Shown: positions 52,259-63,718, counted from the stretch's first letter. The stretch: DNA of 64,000 nucleotides from Rhodocyclaceae bacterium (GCA_020445665.1 JAGRGD010000278.1:12987-76986), one strand, 5' to 3'. Translations and numbers: made by a program. Notes: a model not told the origin generated them from the letters alone.

Positions 52259-52891
52259 ATGGCCCAGTTCTTTTCCCTCCACCCCGAACACCCCCAGCCG
52301 CGGCTGATCCGCCAGGCCGCCGACATTGTCCGCGGCGGTGGCCTGATCGCGTTTCCGACCGACTCCGCCTACGCGCTCGGCGGTCGCGCCGGCGATGGAC
52401 CGTTGCTCGACCGTATCCGGCGCATCCGGGGCGTGGACGACCGCCATCATTTCACCCTGATGTGCCGTGACCTGTCCGAGATCGCCCAGTACGCGCGGGT
52501 GGACAACGCCCAGTATCGCCTGCTCAAGGCCGTCACGCCCGGGCCCTACACCTTCATCCTCGAAGGCACGCGCGAGCTGCCCCGGCGGGTGCTCCACCCC
52601 AAGCGCAAGACCATCGGCCTGCGGGTTCCCGAGCACGTCGTCGTGGCCGGCCTGCTGGCCGAACTCGACGGGCCGCTCCTGACCTCGACCCTGCTGCTGC
52701 CGGGCGAAGACATGCCGCTGACCGATGGCGAGGCGATCCGCGACCGGCTCGGCAAGGTCGTGGATCTGGTTATCGAGGCGGGGTATTGCGGGCCGGAAGC
52801 CACCACCGTCATCGACCTCACCGGCGGCTCGCCGGAGCTGGTGCGGGCGGGCCGCGGCGATCTGACGCCCTTCGGTCTGGACGAGGCCTGA
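52259..52891 (+). CDS. yciO: L-threonylcarbamoyladenylate synthase family protein, YciO type
   Basis: MAQFFSLHPEHPQPRLIRQAADIVRGGGLIAFPTDSAYALG..., KRKTIGLRVP and the length of about 210 aa match. The upstream part of track ORF 52094.. overlaps trpH and is rejected. Confidence 0.8.
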   Translation: MAQFFSLHPEHPQPRLIRQAADIVRGGGLIAFPTDSAYALGGRAGDGPLLDRIRRIRGVDDRHHFTLMCRDLSEIAQYARVDNAQYRLLKAVTPGPYTFILEGTRELPRRVLHPKRKTIGLRVPEHVVVAGLLAELDGPLLTSTLLLPGEDMPLTDGEAIRDRLGKVVDLVIEAGYCGPEATTVIDLTGGSPELVRAGRGDLTPFGLDEA

Positions 52892-52933
52892 CGCACCGTC
52901 TGCTAACATACGGCGCTTTGCCGCCTCACCCCG

Positions 52934-53590
52934 ATGGATCAGATCATCTCGACGCTCGCCATCTGGGCCATGCCGGTCCTCCTGGCGATTACGCTGCACG
53001 AAGCCGCCCATGGCTACGTGGCGCGTCATTTCGGGGACCCCACGGCCGAGCACGCCGGGCGCATCACCCTCAACCCCCTGCGTCACATCGATCCGGTCGG
53101 GACGCTACTGGTGCCGGGTATGATCCTGTGGCTCACGTGGCCAGCGGGGATGTTGTTCGGCTGGGCCAAGCCGGTACCGGTTAGCTTTGGTCGCCTTAAG
53201 AACCCAAAGGCCGACATGTTGTGGGTGGCTGCCGCGGGGCCCTTCGCGAATCTCGTGATGGCGGTTGCCTGGGCATTGATTTTTCTTGTTGGGAAGCAGC
53301 TGGAGGGAAGTTCCTACGCATTGCCAATGCTCGCAATGGCCGAGGCCGGCATTCACATCAATGCGATCCTGATGATCCTCAACCTGCTGCCGATCCCGCC
53401 CCTCGATGGTGGGCGTATCGCGGTCAGCCTGCTGCCCGGCCAGTTGGCCGTGCAGTTCGCCAAGCTCGAACGCTTCGGCTTCCCGATCCTGCTGGTGCTG
53501 CTGTTCACCGGCATCCTGGGAGCGGTACTGGGCCCCCTGGTGGCCCTGTTCCGGTATGCTCTCGCCCTCGTTTTTGGACTGACGATCTAG
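52934..53590 (+). CDS. Site-2 protease family (M50) membrane metalloprotease
   Basis: HEAAHGYVA provides HExxH in a TM helix. NLLPIPPLDGG is the conserved second motif. Confidence 0.85.
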   Translation: MDQIISTLAIWAMPVLLAITLHEAAHGYVARHFGDPTAEHAGRITLNPLRHIDPVGTLLVPGMILWLTWPAGMLFGWAKPVPVSFGRLKNPKADMLWVAAAGPFANLVMAVAWALIFLVGKQLEGSSYALPMLAMAEAGIHINAILMILNLLPIPPLDGGRIAVSLLPGQLAVQFAKLERFGFPILLVLLFTGILGAVLGPLVALFRYALALVFGLTI

Positions 53591-53594
53591 ATAT

Positions 53595-54797
53595 ATGTAC
53601 GCCGAACGCGTCCTCTCCGGCATGCGCCCCACCGGGCGTCTCCATCTGGGCCACTACCATGGGGTCCTGCGCAACTGGGTCAAGCTCCAGGCCGAGTACC
53701 CGTGCCTGTTCTTTGTCGCGGACTGGCACGCGCTGACCACCAACTATGACGATCCGCGCCTGATCGAGGAGAGCGTCTGGGACATGCTGGTGGACTGGCT
53801 GGCGGCCGGCGTCGATCCGGCGCAGGCCACCCTCTTCATCCAGTCGCGGGTCCCCGAGCACGCCGAACTGCATCTGCTACTGTCGATGATGTGCCCGCTC
53901 GGCTGGCTCGAGCGTGTGCCGACCTACAAGGACCAGCAGGAGAAGCTGACCGACAAGGATCTCTCGACTTACGGCTTCCTCGGCTACCCGCTGCTGCAGT
54001 CGGCGGATATCCTGATCTACCGCGCCGACAAGGTGCCGGTGGGCGAGGACCAGGTGCCCCACGTGGAGCTGACCCGGGAGGTTGCCCGCCGCTTCAATCA
54101 CCTCTACGGCAAGGAGCCGGGCTTCGAGGAGAAGGCCAAGGACGCGATCCGCAAGCTCGGCTCGAAGCGCGCCAAGCGCTACGAGGAATTGCGTGTGCGC
54201 TACGTGCAGGAGGGGGAAGAGGCCGCCCTCGAGCAGGCTCAGGCGCTGCTTGAGGAGACCCAGAACCTCAGCCTTGGTGATCGCGAACGCCTGTACGGCT
54301 ATCTGGAGGGCGGCGGCAAGATGATCCTCGCCGAGCCCGACGCGTTGCTCACCCAGGCTGCCAGGATGCCAGGCCTGGACGGCCAGAAGATGTCCAAGTC
54401 CTACGGCAACACGATCTACCTGCGCGAAGAGACCGACAGCATCACGAAGAAGATCCGCACCATGCAGACCGACCCGGCGCGGGTGCGGCGCACCGATCCG
54501 GGCGATCCGGACAAGTGCCCGGTGTGGCAGTTTCATCTGATCTACTCCGACGATTCGGTCCGCGGCTGGGTCCAGGAAGGCTGCCGCAGCGCGAGCATCG
54601 GCTGCATCGAGTGCAAGCAGCCGGTCATCGATGCGGTGGTCAGCGAGCAGGACGCGATGCGCGAGCGCGCCCAGCCCTACGTCGAGGATCCGGGCCTGCT
54701 GCGCAACATCCTCGCCGATGGTTGCGAGCGAGCCCGCAAGCTGGCCCAGGACACGATGCGCGACGTGCGCGAGTCGATGGGGCTGAACTACGGGTGA
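53595..54797 (+). CDS. trpS: Tryptophan--tRNA ligase (long form with an internal helical insertion)
   Basis: SGMRPTGRLHLGHYHG provides the HIGH motif and KMSKS is present. There is an insertion of about 60 aa (EKAKDAIRKLGSKRAKRYEELRVRYVQEGEE...). Confidence 0.93.
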   Translation: MYAERVLSGMRPTGRLHLGHYHGVLRNWVKLQAEYPCLFFVADWHALTTNYDDPRLIEESVWDMLVDWLAAGVDPAQATLFIQSRVPEHAELHLLLSMMCPLGWLERVPTYKDQQEKLTDKDLSTYGFLGYPLLQSADILIYRADKVPVGEDQVPHVELTREVARRFNHLYGKEPGFEEKAKDAIRKLGSKRAKRYEELRVRYVQEGEEAALEQAQALLEETQNLSLGDRERLYGYLEGGGKMILAEPDALLTQAARMPGLDGQKMSKSYGNTIYLREETDSITKKIRTMQTDPARVRRTDPGDPDKCPVWQFHLIYSDDSVRGWVQEGCRSASIGCIECKQPVIDAVVSEQDAMRERAQPYVEDPGLLRNILADGCERARKLAQDTMRDVRESMGLNYG

Positions 54798-55627
54798 ACC
54801 TCCCGCTCGACCTGCCGCCGCGCGAGTCGCCGGAGACACTCGCTGCGGTGGCCCGCCTCTACGGCGAGCCGATGCTCGAGCTGCCGGTGGATCTCTACAT
54901 TCCACCGGATGCGCTGGAGATCATCCTCGACGCCTTCGAGGGGCCGCTCGACCTGCTGCTGTACCTGATCCGCAAGGCCAACATCGACATCCTCGACATC
55001 CCGATGGCGCCGCTGACCGCGCAGTATCTGGAGTACGTCGAGGCGATGCGGGCGACCAACCTGGAGCTGGCCGCCGAGTACCTGCTGATGGCCGCGATGC
55101 TGCTGGAGATCAAGTCGCGCATGCTCTTGCCGCGCCCTCCGCGGGAGCGGGAGGACGATGGCGAGGATCCGCGCGCGGAACTGGTGCGGCGGCTGCTGGA
55201 GTACGAGCAGATGAAACTGGCGGCGGCCAAGCTGGATGCGCTCCCACGGGCCGGACGCGACTTCGAGTGGGTGGGCATCTTCGTCGCAGAGAAGGTGGTC
55301 GAGCGGCTGCCGGAAGTCAGTCTGCACGACCTCCAGCTGGCCTGGCTGAAGATCATGAAGCACGCCCGTCTCAACCGGCACCACACGATCCAGCGCGAGG
55401 AACTCTCGGTGCGCGAGCACATGAGCGCGATCCTGCGTCGCCTGTCTGGCAGCGGCTTCGTCGTGTTCGACGTGCTCTTCGACCGGGCGCTCGGGGCGCC
55501 GGGGCTGGTGGTGTCGTTCCTGGCCGTCCTCGAGCTGGTCAAGGAGCGGATGATCGAGGTGACCCAGAACGCGGCCTTTGCGCCGATCTACGTGAGGCTG
55601 AGCGCCGATGCGGGCGCAGACGCCTGA
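54794..55627 (+). CDS. scpA: Segregation and condensation protein A
   Basis: [35 protein letters not shown]...[26 protein letters not shown] start overlaps the trpS stop (GTGA). A later Met at MLELPV is also possible. Confidence 0.85.
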   Translation: MNLPLDLPPRESPETLAAVARLYGEPMLELPVDLYIPPDALEIILDAFEGPLDLLLYLIRKANIDILDIPMAPLTAQYLEYVEAMRATNLELAAEYLLMAAMLLEIKSRMLLPRPPREREDDGEDPRAELVRRLLEYEQMKLAAAKLDALPRAGRDFEWVGIFVAEKVVERLPEVSLHDLQLAWLKIMKHARLNRHHTIQREELSVREHMSAILRRLSGSGFVVFDVLFDRALGAPGLVVSFLAVLELVKERMIEVTQNAAFAPIYVRLSADAGADA

Positions 55628-56198
55628 GCAGTGGAAGCGTGTGCTCGAGGCGGCGCTGCTGGCCGCCCAGACACCACTGGCCCCGACCGTCCTGCGTCAG
55701 CTGTTCGACGAGGACCCGGGGCCGGAGGTGGTGCGCAAACTGCTCGACGAATTGCGCGCCGACTGGGAAGATCGGACCGTGGAACTGGTGCAGGTGGCGG
55801 GCGGCTGGCGCTTCCAGACCCGGCCCGAGTACCAGCCGTATCTCGACCGCCTCAAGCAGGAACGGGCGCCGAAGTACTCCCGGGCTGTGCTGGAGACGCT
55901 GGCGATCATTGCCTATCGCCAGCCGGTGACCCGCGGTGACATCGAGGAAATTCGCGGTGTGTCGGTCTCTACCGGGGTGATCCGGACCCTCGAGTCGCGG
56001 GGCTGGGTCGACGTAGTTGGACACCGGGATGTGCCTGGTCGGCCGGCGCTGCTGGCCACCACACGGCGTTTCCTCGAGGAAATGGGCTTGCGTTCGCTGA
56101 CCGAACTGCCGCCTCTGACTGAAATTGAAAGGATCATGGATCTTGTCGAACTCCCCAAGGAAGGGCCCGCCGCGGCCACCGAAGTCGACCCAGAGTAG
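55608..56198 (+). CDS. scpB: Segregation and condensation protein B
   Basis: [45 protein letters not shown]...[20 protein letters not shown]. Confidence 0.9.
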   Translation: MRAQTPEQWKRVLEAALLAAQTPLAPTVLRQLFDEDPGPEVVRKLLDELRADWEDRTVELVQVAGGWRFQTRPEYQPYLDRLKQERAPKYSRAVLETLAIIAYRQPVTRGDIEEIRGVSVSTGVIRTLESRGWVDVVGHRDVPGRPALLATTRRFLEEMGLRSLTELPPLTEIERIMDLVELPKEGPAAATEVDPE

Positions 56199-57054
56199 CG
56201 CTCCCGAGCAGGCCGCGCCCGCCAGACGCAGTCGTGCCAAGACACCCGGTGGGCGGCGCGCGCCAGCGGAGTTTGCCGAGCCCGAGCGTCTGCACAAGAT
56301 TCTTGCCCAGACCGGCGTGGCTTCCAGGCGGGAGATCGAGGAGATGATCGTGGCCGGCCGGATCTCGGTCAACGGCCAGCCGGCCAGCGTCGGGCAGAAG
56401 GTGGGGCCGACCGACAAGGTGCGCGTCAACGGCAAGCTGGTGAACCTGAACTTCAGCATCCGGGTGCCCCGCGTGCTGATGTATCACAAGCCCGAGGGCG
56501 AAATCGTGTCGCGGGACGACCCCGAGGGCAGGGTCAGCGTTTTCGACCGCCTGCCCAATCTGCGCAGGGGGCGCTGGATCGCCGTCGGACGGCTGGATAT
56601 CAACACCTGCGGTCTCTTGCTCTTTACCAACGATGGCACGCTCGCCAATCGGCTGATGCATCCCCGCTACCAGATCGAGCGCGAATATGCGGTGCGCCTG
56701 CTCGGCTCTCTCGACGAGGAGCAGATCGCGATGTTGAAGGAGGGGATCGAGCTCGAGGACGGGCCCGCCCGCTTCAACGTGATCATCGACGGTGGCGGCG
56801 AAGGGGTGAACCACTGGTACCGCGTCACCCTGTCCGAAGGTCGCAACCGCGAGGTCCGGCGCATGTTCGAGGCCCTCGGCATCACGGTCAGCCGACTGAT
56901 GCGCACCCGCTATGGACCGGTGACGATGTCGCCGAGGCTCAAGCGCGGACAGTGGGAGGAGATGGCTGTGCCAGACGTCTGCCGGCTGACCGGCGTGCCG
57001 GTGCCCCAGGGCCTGCGGGAAAGGGGCCGGAAGCCCGCTTCGCCCCGTCGTTAG
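56125..57054 (+). CDS. rluB: 23S rRNA pseudouridine synthase RluB
   Basis: The S4 domain is [30 protein letters not shown]. The catalytic motif is [18 protein letters not shown]. The N-terminal basic extension overlaps scpB and the true start is uncertain. Confidence 0.88.
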   Translation: MKGSWILSNSPRKGPPRPPKSTQSSAPEQAAPARRSRAKTPGGRRAPAEFAEPERLHKILAQTGVASRREIEEMIVAGRISVNGQPASVGQKVGPTDKVRVNGKLVNLNFSIRVPRVLMYHKPEGEIVSRDDPEGRVSVFDRLPNLRRGRWIAVGRLDINTCGLLLFTNDGTLANRLMHPRYQIEREYAVRLLGSLDEEQIAMLKEGIELEDGPARFNVIIDGGGEGVNHWYRVTLSEGRNREVRRMFEALGITVSRLMRTRYGPVTMSPRLKRGQWEEMAVPDVCRLTGVPVPQGLRERGRKPASPRR

Positions 57055-57057
57055 CGT

Positions 57058-57086
57058 TTGCGCGGCATATGGGGCGCTGATATACT
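57058..57086 (+). promoter_or_regulatory. Putative sigma70 promoter of the rimP-nusA-infB operon
   Basis: TTGCGC-N17-TATACT begins 4 nt after the rluB stop. Confidence 0.5.
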
Positions 57087-57147
57087 CCTTGGGCTTTGAT
57101 GGCCGCGCAGGTCGTCGAAGCACGTTTTTCCGGTTGGATACAACAGG

Positions 57148-57175
57148 AATGGGCGTTATGCCCATTTTTTATTTG
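57148..57175 (+). terminator. Leader hairpin plus U-tract immediately upstream of rimP (attenuator candidate)
   Basis: AATGGGC-gttat-GCCCATT is followed by TTTTTATTT and ends 12 nt before the rimP ATG. Confidence 0.6.
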
Positions 57176-57186
57176 TGGGATCGCAA

Positions 57187-57615
57187 ATGGACGTGGTGGC
57201 ACTCGTCGAGCAGGTGGTGGACGGACTGGGCTACGAACTGGTCGACTTCGAGACCTCGCCCAAGTCGCGTCTGCTGCGCGTTTTTATCGACAGGGAAGCC
57301 GGTATCACGGTCGACGATTGTGCGACGGTGAGCAACCAGCTGACGCGCCTGTTCGAGGTCGAGAACGTCGATTACGACCGCCTGGAAGTCTCGTCGCCGG
57401 GGCTTGATCGGCCCCTCAAGAAGGTGGCGGATTTCGAGCGTTTCGCGGGCGAACAGATCCAGCTGCGCACCCGCATGCCGATCGGAAACCAGAGGAATTT
57501 CAAGGGCACGCTGGTTGGCATGGTGGATGGCGCTGTTCGGCTTGCGACCGAAGAGGGTGAGCAGGACTTTCCCTTCGATGAGGTCGAGAAGGCCCGCCTG
57601 GTGCCCCAGTTTTAA
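57187..57615 (+). CDS. rimP: Ribosome maturation factor RimP
   Basis: MDVVALVEQVVDGLGYELVDFE...LRVFIDREAGITVDDCATVSNQL...YDRLEVSSPGLDRPL. Confidence 0.93.
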   Translation: MDVVALVEQVVDGLGYELVDFETSPKSRLLRVFIDREAGITVDDCATVSNQLTRLFEVENVDYDRLEVSSPGLDRPLKKVADFERFAGEQIQLRTRMPIGNQRNFKGTLVGMVDGAVRLATEEGEQDFPFDEVEKARLVPQF

Positions 57616-57640
57616 GCGTACGGATGTGGAGAACTGAACA

Positions 57641-59116
57641 ATGAGCCGCGAGATCCTGCTGCTTGTGGATGCTTTGGCGCGTGAGAAGAACGTAGCCAAG
57701 GACATCGTATTTGCGTCGCTCGAATCGGCGCTCGCATCCGCGACCAAGAAGCGCATCCACGACGACGCCGATGTGCGCGTCTCGATCGATCGCGAAACCG
57801 GCGACTACGAGTCTTTCCGCCGCTGGAAGGTGCTGCCTGACGACGAAGTGACCAACGACGAAGCCGAGATCGGCCTGATTGATGCCCGCGAGGAAGCCGG
57901 TGAGATCGAGGTCGGCGATTTCGTCGAGGAACCGCTCGAGCCGATCGATTTCGGCCGCATCGGTGCCCAGGCGGCCAAGCAGGTCATCCTGCAACGCATT
58001 CGCGATGCGGAGCGAGAGCAGGTCCTGAATGACTTCCTTGAGCGCAAGGAGCACCTCGTCTCCGGCAGCATCAAGCGCATGGAGCGGGGCAACGCCATTA
58101 TCGAGGTGGGGCGGCTTGAAGCCGTGATTCCCCGCGATCAGATGATTCCGCGCGAGAACCTGCGCGTTGGAGATCGGGTCAAGGCCTTCCTTCTGCGAAT
58201 CGACCGGGGCGCCCGTGGCCCGCAGCTGGTGCTGTCCCGAACGGCGCCGGAGTTCCTGGTGAAGCTGTTCGAGCTGGAAGTGCCCGAGATCGAGGACGGG
58301 CTGCTCGAGATCAAGGGCTGCGCCCGTGACCCGGGACTGCGCGCCAAAATCGCGGTCAAGTCCAACGATCCGCGGGTCGATCCGATCGGTACCTGCGTCG
58401 GTTTGCGTGGCTCGCGGGTGACCGCAGTGCGCAATGAGATCGGCGGCGAGAACATCGATATCGTGCTGTGGGCGCCCGACCCGGCGCAATTCGTCATCGC
58501 GGCGCTGCAACCGGCCGAGGTCTCGTCGATCGTGGTCGACGAGGAAACCCATGCCATGGACGTGGTGGTCGATGAGAACAACCTGGCCATTGCCATCGGT
58601 CGCAATGGTCAGAACGTGAAGCTGGCTTCCGAGCTGTCGGGCTGGCAGATCAACCTGATGACCGAAGAGGAATCGGCCCAGAAGGTCGAAGAAGAGCGGG
58701 GCCAGATTCGTGTCCTGTTCATGGAAAAACTCGATGTCGACGACGAGGTGGCCGACATCCTGATCGACGAGGGCTTCTCGTCGATCGAGGAAGTCGCTTA
58801 CGTGCCGCTGGCCGAGATGTTGGAGATCGACGCGTTCGACGAGGACACGGTGGACGAGCTGCGAAACCGCGCCCGCAACGTGTTGCTCACCGAAGCGATC
58901 GTGACCGAGGAGCAACTCGAGAACGTGGCGGAGGATCTGCTTGCCCTGGATGGCATGGACAAGCCCCTGGCCGCCAAACTCGCCCAGCATGAAGTCTGCA
59001 CCCGCGACGACCTCGCCGATCTGGCGGTCGACGAGCTGGTGGAAATGGCAGGCATCGAAGAAGACCGGGCGCGCGACCTGATTACCGTGGCACGCGCGCA
59101 CTGGTTCGAGGAATGA
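57641..59116 (+). CDS. nusA: Transcription termination/antitermination factor NusA
   Basis: [24 protein letters not shown] is followed by S1, KH1/KH2 ([14 protein letters not shown]) and an acidic C-terminal repeat region. Confidence 0.97.
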   Translation: MSREILLLVDALAREKNVAKDIVFASLESALASATKKRIHDDADVRVSIDRETGDYESFRRWKVLPDDEVTNDEAEIGLIDAREEAGEIEVGDFVEEPLEPIDFGRIGAQAAKQVILQRIRDAEREQVLNDFLERKEHLVSGSIKRMERGNAIIEVGRLEAVIPRDQMIPRENLRVGDRVKAFLLRIDRGARGPQLVLSRTAPEFLVKLFELEVPEIEDGLLEIKGCARDPGLRAKIAVKSNDPRVDPIGTCVGLRGSRVTAVRNEIGGENIDIVLWAPDPAQFVIAALQPAEVSSIVVDEETHAMDVVVDENNLAIAIGRNGQNVKLASELSGWQINLMTEEESAQKVEEERGQIRVLFMEKLDVDDEVADILIDEGFSSIEEVAYVPLAEMLEIDAFDEDTVDELRNRARNVLLTEAIVTEEQLENVAEDLLALDGMDKPLAAKLAQHEVCTRDDLADLAVDELVEMAGIEEDRARDLITVARAHWFEE

Positions 59117-59129
59117 CGGAGGTTAGCGA

Positions 59130-61871
59130 ATGGAACAAATCAGTGTCACCCAGTTCGCCGGTGAATTGCGGATGCCGGCTACCGTCCTTCTCGAACAGCT
59201 GCAGAAAGCCGGCGTGGACAAGCAGGGCGCAGAAGACCTGCTGAGTGAGCAGGACAAGGCGCGCTTGCTCGACTACCTGCGTCGCTCCCACGGCGAAACG
59301 GCACCGAAGGCCAAGATCACGCTGACGCGAAAGCAGACCAGCGAGATCAAGGCGACCGACTCCTCGGGCCGTGCCCGTACGGTCCAGGTCGAGGTGCGCA
59401 AGAAGCGCGTCTTCGTCAAGCGCGACGAACTCGTGGCGGACGCCGAGCCCGAACTCGAGCCCGCAGTGGAAGCGCCGGTCGAGATCGCCGAGGCGGAGAC
59501 GCCTGCGCCGATCGAGGAGCCGGTGGTCGCCGAGGTCGCTGCGCCCGAACCGGAGGTCGAACCCGTTGCGCCCGAGCCGGAGCCAGCGCCCGTCGAAGCG
59601 ACCGCCGAGGTCACCGAGCCGGAAGCCGTCGCAACGGTCGTCGCGGAATCGGCGGAAGCTGCCGCGTCGGATGCCGACGATGCCGCCTCGCGACTGACCA
59701 TGCGCGACGTGCTCGGCGAGGAAGAACTCGCTGCCCGCGAGCGCGAACGTCAACGTGCTGCCGATCTGCGGGCCCGCCAGGAGGCGGACCTCAAGGCCAA
59801 GCAGGAACGTGAAGCCCGTGCCCGGGCTGCGGCAGAGGCGCGTCGTGTCGAGGAGGAAGAGGCCCGCAAGAAGGCCGCCGAGCCCAAGACCAACACGACC
59901 GGTACGCTCCATCGCCCGGACAAGCCGGCCACCAAGGAACGCAAGGATGGCAAGCGCGGCGGCTGGCAGGACGAGTCCTCCAAGCGCCGCGGTGGCCTGA
60001 AGACCCGCGGCGCCGATCTTGGCGGATCCTGGAAAGGTGGACCGCGTGGTGGCCGGGGTGGCCGCGGTGGTGGTCAGCGGGATCAGCAGGCTTTCCAGGC
60101 CCCGACCGAGCCCATCATCCGCGAGGTCCACGTGCCGGAGACAATCTCCGTTGCCGATCTCGCCCACAAGATGGCGGTCAAGGCCACCGAAGTCATCAAG
60201 GCCATGATGAAGATGGGCAGCATGGTCACCATCAACCAGGTTCTTGACCAGGAAACCGCGATGATCGTGGTCGAGGAGATGGGCCACCAGGCGATGGCGG
60301 CCAAGCTGGACGACCCGGACGCCTTCCTGGTGGAAACCGAGGAGCACGACGACGCGCCGGTGCTGCCGCGTGCGCCGGTGGTCACCGTGATGGGTCACGT
60401 CGATCACGGCAAGACCTCACTGCTCGACTACATCCGCACGGCGAAGGTTGCGGCGGGCGAGGTCGGTGGCATTACGCAGCACATCGGTGCCTACCACGTC
60501 GAAACCCAGAAGGGCATGGTCACCTTCCTGGATACGCCGGGTCACGAGGCCTTTACGGCCATGCGTGCCCGCGGTGCCAAGGCGACCGACATCGTGGTGC
60601 TGGTGGTGGCGGCCGACGACGGCGTGATGCCCCAGACCCGTGAAGCCATTCACCACTCCCACGCTGCCGGCGTGCCGCTGGTGGTGGCGGTCAACAAGAT
60701 CGACAAGCCCGAAGCGAACCCGGAGCGGGTCAAGCAGGAACTGATCGCCGAGAGTGTCGTGCCGGAAGAGTACGGTGGCGACGTGATGTTCGTGCCGGTA
60801 TCGGCCAAGACCGGCCAGGGCATCGACGATCTCCTCGAGGGCATCCTGCTGCAGGCCGAGGTGCTGGAACTGACGGCGCCGGCCGAAACGCCGGCCAAGG
60901 GCCTGATTGTCGAGGCGCGCCTTGACAAGGGTCGCGGCCCGGTGGCCTCGCTGCTCGTCCAGTCCGGTACCCTGCGCAAGGGCGACGTGCTGCTGGTCGG
61001 CGCGACCTACGGCCGCGTGCGGGCCATGCTTGATGAGAACGGCAAGCCGGTGGACGAGGCGGGTCCGTCGATCCCGGTGGAGATCCTGGGTCTGTCGGAT
61101 GTCCCGGCGGCCGGCGACGAGGCGATTGCACTGACCGACGAGCGCAAGGCACGCGAAATCGCCCTGTTCCGCCAAGGCAAGTTCCGTGACGTGAAGCTGG
61201 CCAAACAACAGGCGGCCAAGCTCGAGAACATGTTCGAGCAGATGTCCGAGGGCGAGGTCAAGAGCCTGCCGCTCATCATCAAGGCCGACGTTCAGGGTTC
61301 CCAGGAAGCACTGGTCCAGGCCCTGCAGAAGCTCTCGACCGACGAAGTCAAGGTCAACGTCATTCATGGCGCGGTTGGCGCGATCAGCGAGTCGGATGTG
61401 AACCTTGCCCAGGCCTCGGGTGCCGTGATCATCGGCTTCAACACCCGGGCGGATGCCAAGGCGCGGAATCTGGCAGAGAGCTTCGGCGTCGATCTGCGTT
61501 ACTACAACATCATCTATGACGCGGTCGATGAGGTGAAGGCGGCCCTGTCGGGTCTGCTGTCGCCGGAGAGGCGCGAACAGGTGCTTGGCCTGGTCGAGAT
61601 TCGCCAGGTCTTCCATATCTCGAGGGTCGGCACGGTGGCCGGTTGCTATGTCCTGGAGGGGATCGTCAAGCGGGGCTCGCTGGTGCGGGTGCTGCGGGAC
61701 AACGTGGTCGTCCATTCGGGCGAACTGGAGTCGCTCAAGCGCTTCAAGGACGACGTCAAGGAAGTCAAGACCGGCTTCGAGTGCGGCCTCTCGCTGCGCA
61801 ACTTCAACGATCTCAACGAGGGCGACCAGCTCGAGGTCTATGAGATCCAGGAAGTGGCCCGGACCCTTTAA
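59130..61871 (+). CDS. infB: Translation initiation factor IF-2
   Basis: After a low-complexity N-terminal region, the GTPase domain has [21 protein letters not shown] and NKID. The C-terminus is collinear with IF-2. Confidence 0.97.
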   Translation: MEQISVTQFAGELRMPATVLLEQLQKAGVDKQGAEDLLSEQDKARLLDYLRRSHGETAPKAKITLTRKQTSEIKATDSSGRARTVQVEVRKKRVFVKRDELVADAEPELEPAVEAPVEIAEAETPAPIEEPVVAEVAAPEPEVEPVAPEPEPAPVEATAEVTEPEAVATVVAESAEAAASDADDAASRLTMRDVLGEEELAARERERQRAADLRARQEADLKAKQEREARARAAAEARRVEEEEARKKAAEPKTNTTGTLHRPDKPATKERKDGKRGGWQDESSKRRGGLKTRGADLGGSWKGGPRGGRGGRGGGQRDQQAFQAPTEPIIREVHVPETISVADLAHKMAVKATEVIKAMMKMGSMVTINQVLDQETAMIVVEEMGHQAMAAKLDDPDAFLVETEEHDDAPVLPRAPVVTVMGHVDHGKTSLLDYIRTAKVAAGEVGGITQHIGAYHVETQKGMVTFLDTPGHEAFTAMRARGAKATDIVVLVVAADDGVMPQTREAIHHSHAAGVPLVVAVNKIDKPEANPERVKQELIAESVVPEEYGGDVMFVPVSAKTGQGIDDLLEGILLQAEVLELTAPAETPAKGLIVEARLDKGRGPVASLLVQSGTLRKGDVLLVGATYGRVRAMLDENGKPVDEAGPSIPVEILGLSDVPAAGDEAIALTDERKAREIALFRQGKFRDVKLAKQQAAKLENMFEQMSEGEVKSLPLIIKADVQGSQEALVQALQKLSTDEVKVNVIHGAVGAISESDVNLAQASGAVIIGFNTRADAKARNLAESFGVDLRYYNIIYDAVDEVKAALSGLLSPERREQVLGLVEIRQVFHISRVGTVAGCYVLEGIVKRGSLVRVLRDNVVVHSGELESLKRFKDDVKEVKTGFECGLSLRNFNDLNEGDQLEVYEIQEVARTL

Positions 61872-62261
61872 ATGGCCAAGGAGTTCTCGCGCGGCCAGCG
61901 CGTGTCGGAGCAGATCCGGCGCGAGCTGGCCGAACTGATCCGGCTCGAGGTCAAGGATCCGCGGGTCGGGTTCATCACCCTGACCGACGTGGAGATCAGT
62001 CCTGACTACGCCCACGCGAAGGTATTCTTCACGTCGATGACCGGGCGCGAGGGGCTCGATGAGATCTTCGTCGGCCTTCGCCGCGCCAGCGGCTTCCTTC
62101 GGCGCGAGCTGGGACGCCGGGTGCGTATTCACGCCACGCCGCAACTGCACTTTGTCTACGACCAGTCGGTGGAGGAGGGCGCCCGCCTCTCCAAGCTGAT
62201 CGACCAGACGGTTGAAGCCGACCGCCAGCGTACGGGCGATCCGGACGGATCGGACGACTGA
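61872..62261 (+). CDS. rbfA: Ribosome-binding factor A
   Basis: FSRGQRVSEQIRRELAELIRLEVKDPRVGFITLTDVEISPDYAHAKVFF. Confidence 0.95.
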   Translation: MAKEFSRGQRVSEQIRRELAELIRLEVKDPRVGFITLTDVEISPDYAHAKVFFTSMTGREGLDEIFVGLRRASGFLRRELGRRVRIHATPQLHFVYDQSVEEGARLSKLIDQTVEADRQRTGDPDGSDD

Positions 62262-62265
62262 CGCG

Positions 62266-63183
62266 GTGGTACAGCGCAGGATCCCGCGGCGCGCCGTCAA
62301 TGGCGTGCTGCTCCTCGACAAGCCCGTCGGCATCAGTTCGAACCACGCGCTGCAGCAGGCGCGCCGACTGCTGAACGCGGCAAAGGCGGGCCATACCGGC
62401 ACCCTCGACCCGATGGCGAGTGGGCTCCTGCCGCTGACCTTCGGCGAGGCCACCAAGTTCTCCCAGCAGTTGCTCGATGCAGACAAGCGCTACGTCGCGA
62501 CGGCCCGCCTTGGGCAGGTGACGACTACCGGCGACGCTGAAGGTGACGTGGTGCGCGAGCGCCCCCTGCCTGCGTCGCTCGATCCGCTGCCCGGCATCCT
62601 CGCCGATTTCCTCGGAGAGATATCGCAGATCCCGCCCATGTACTCCGCCCTCAAGCGAGACGGCCGGCCACTCTATGCACTGGCCCGCGAGGGGATCGAG
62701 GTCGAGCGGCAGCCGCGCCGCGTGACGATCCATGCACTGGGGCTCCTCTCCGGCTCGGCTGAGGAGATTGTTTTTGAGGTCCTGTGCAGCAAGGGGACCT
62801 ACGTGCGGACGCTGGCCGAGGACATCGGTGAGGCGCTGGGCTGCGGGGCGCACCTGACGGCTTTGCGGCGCACCGCGATCGGGCCGTTGTCGGTGGACGG
62901 GGCGCTGACCCTCGACGCCTTCGAAGCGTGTGATGATGCGTTGCGCGATCGCCGCCTGGCCGGACCCGACAGCCTCGTCATGCACCTCCCGGAGATGCGC
63001 CTCGATGCAGGCGAAGCCGGAGTCGTGACCCACGGCGGCGCGGTGCAACGCGAGGCCCAGGCCGGTGCCGAGTTCCGCCTATACGGACCCGGCGGATTTC
63101 TCGGCCTTGGCCGCATGGACGAGGCGCAGCGGCTGTGGCCGAAAAGACTCATCGCGACCGGTGACTCCGGGCGAGGGAAATGA
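62266..63183 (+). CDS. truB: tRNA pseudouridine(55) synthase TruB
   Basis: GVLLLDKPVGISSNHALQQARRLLNAAKAGHTGTLDPMASGLLPL. A GTG at 62266 lies 4 nt after the rbfA stop. The track ATG at 62212 would overlap rbfA by 50 nt. Confidence 0.9.
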   Translation: MVQRRIPRRAVNGVLLLDKPVGISSNHALQQARRLLNAAKAGHTGTLDPMASGLLPLTFGEATKFSQQLLDADKRYVATARLGQVTTTGDAEGDVVRERPLPASLDPLPGILADFLGEISQIPPMYSALKRDGRPLYALAREGIEVERQPRRVTIHALGLLSGSAEEIVFEVLCSKGTYVRTLAEDIGEALGCGAHLTALRRTAIGPLSVDGALTLDAFEACDDALRDRRLAGPDSLVMHLPEMRLDAGEAGVVTHGGAVQREAQAGAEFRLYGPGGFLGLGRMDEAQRLWPKRLIATGDSGRGK

Positions 63184-63188
63184 ATTTA

Positions 63189-63218
63189 TTGAGAAATTCC
63201 GGCGTGCATGGGTATAAT
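63189..63218 (+). promoter_or_regulatory. Putative sigma70 promoter of rpsO
   Basis: TTGAGA-N18-TATAAT lies about 50 nt upstream of the rpsO ATG. Confidence 0.6.
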
Positions 63219-63268
63219 CGCCGGCTTCAGATTGGCTGAAAACACACTTAGAGACGAGAAAATACGTA

Positions 63269-63538
63269 ATGGCTCTCGAAACCGCACAAAAATCGCAGAT
63301 CGTCGCGGACTACCAGCGTGCCCAGGGCGACACCGGTTCGCCTGAGGTTCAGGTGGCCCTGCTGACGGCGCGCATCAATGGCCTGACGGGCCACTTCAAG
63401 ACCCACGCCAAGGATCACCACTCCCGCCGTGGCCTGCTCAAGATGGTCAGCCAGCGCCGCAAGCTGCTGGACTACCTGAAGCGGACCAACGCGGACAGCT
63501 ACCGTGGCCTGATCGAGCGCCTCGGTCTGCGCAAGTAA
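63269..63538 (+). CDS. rpsO: 30S ribosomal protein S15
   Basis: [52 protein letters not shown]. Confidence 0.97.
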   Translation: MALETAQKSQIVADYQRAQGDTGSPEVQVALLTARINGLTGHFKTHAKDHHSRRGLLKMVSQRRKLLDYLKRTNADSYRGLIERLGLRK

Positions 63539-63593
63539 GCATGCCCGTCCGGCGCTGCAGATCAAACACATCTCGGCGCTGCGCCTAGTGCAG

Positions 63594-63633
63594 CCGGCGT
63601 GAGCCTGATACGGCCCACGCCGGTTTGCTTTTT
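63594..63633 (+). terminator. rpsO terminator / start of the pnp leader
   Basis: CCGGCGTG-(14 nt)-CACGCCGG is followed by TTTGCTTTTT. Confidence 0.7.
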
Positions 63634-63718
63634 CGGGGCCCGCTCGCAATCGGTGACGAGCCCCACCGGACGGACCGGTTGTTGTCTGCCGCCCGTCGCC
63701 CACTGAAAGGACTATCCC

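Noticed and set aside
57087-57147. Expected tRNA-fMet (metY) upstream of rimP, as in E. coli
   Set aside because: I could not identify an acceptor stem, a T-loop (GGTTCGAATCC-like) or a CCA-compatible structure in this stretch by eye. A tRNA scan would confirm this.
60417-62486. 689-aa minus-strand ORF
   Set aside because: It is antisense to infB, rbfA and truB and has no motifs. The same reasoning applies to 57500..59101, 59082..60407, 42202..45600 and most other long alternative-frame ORFs in the track.
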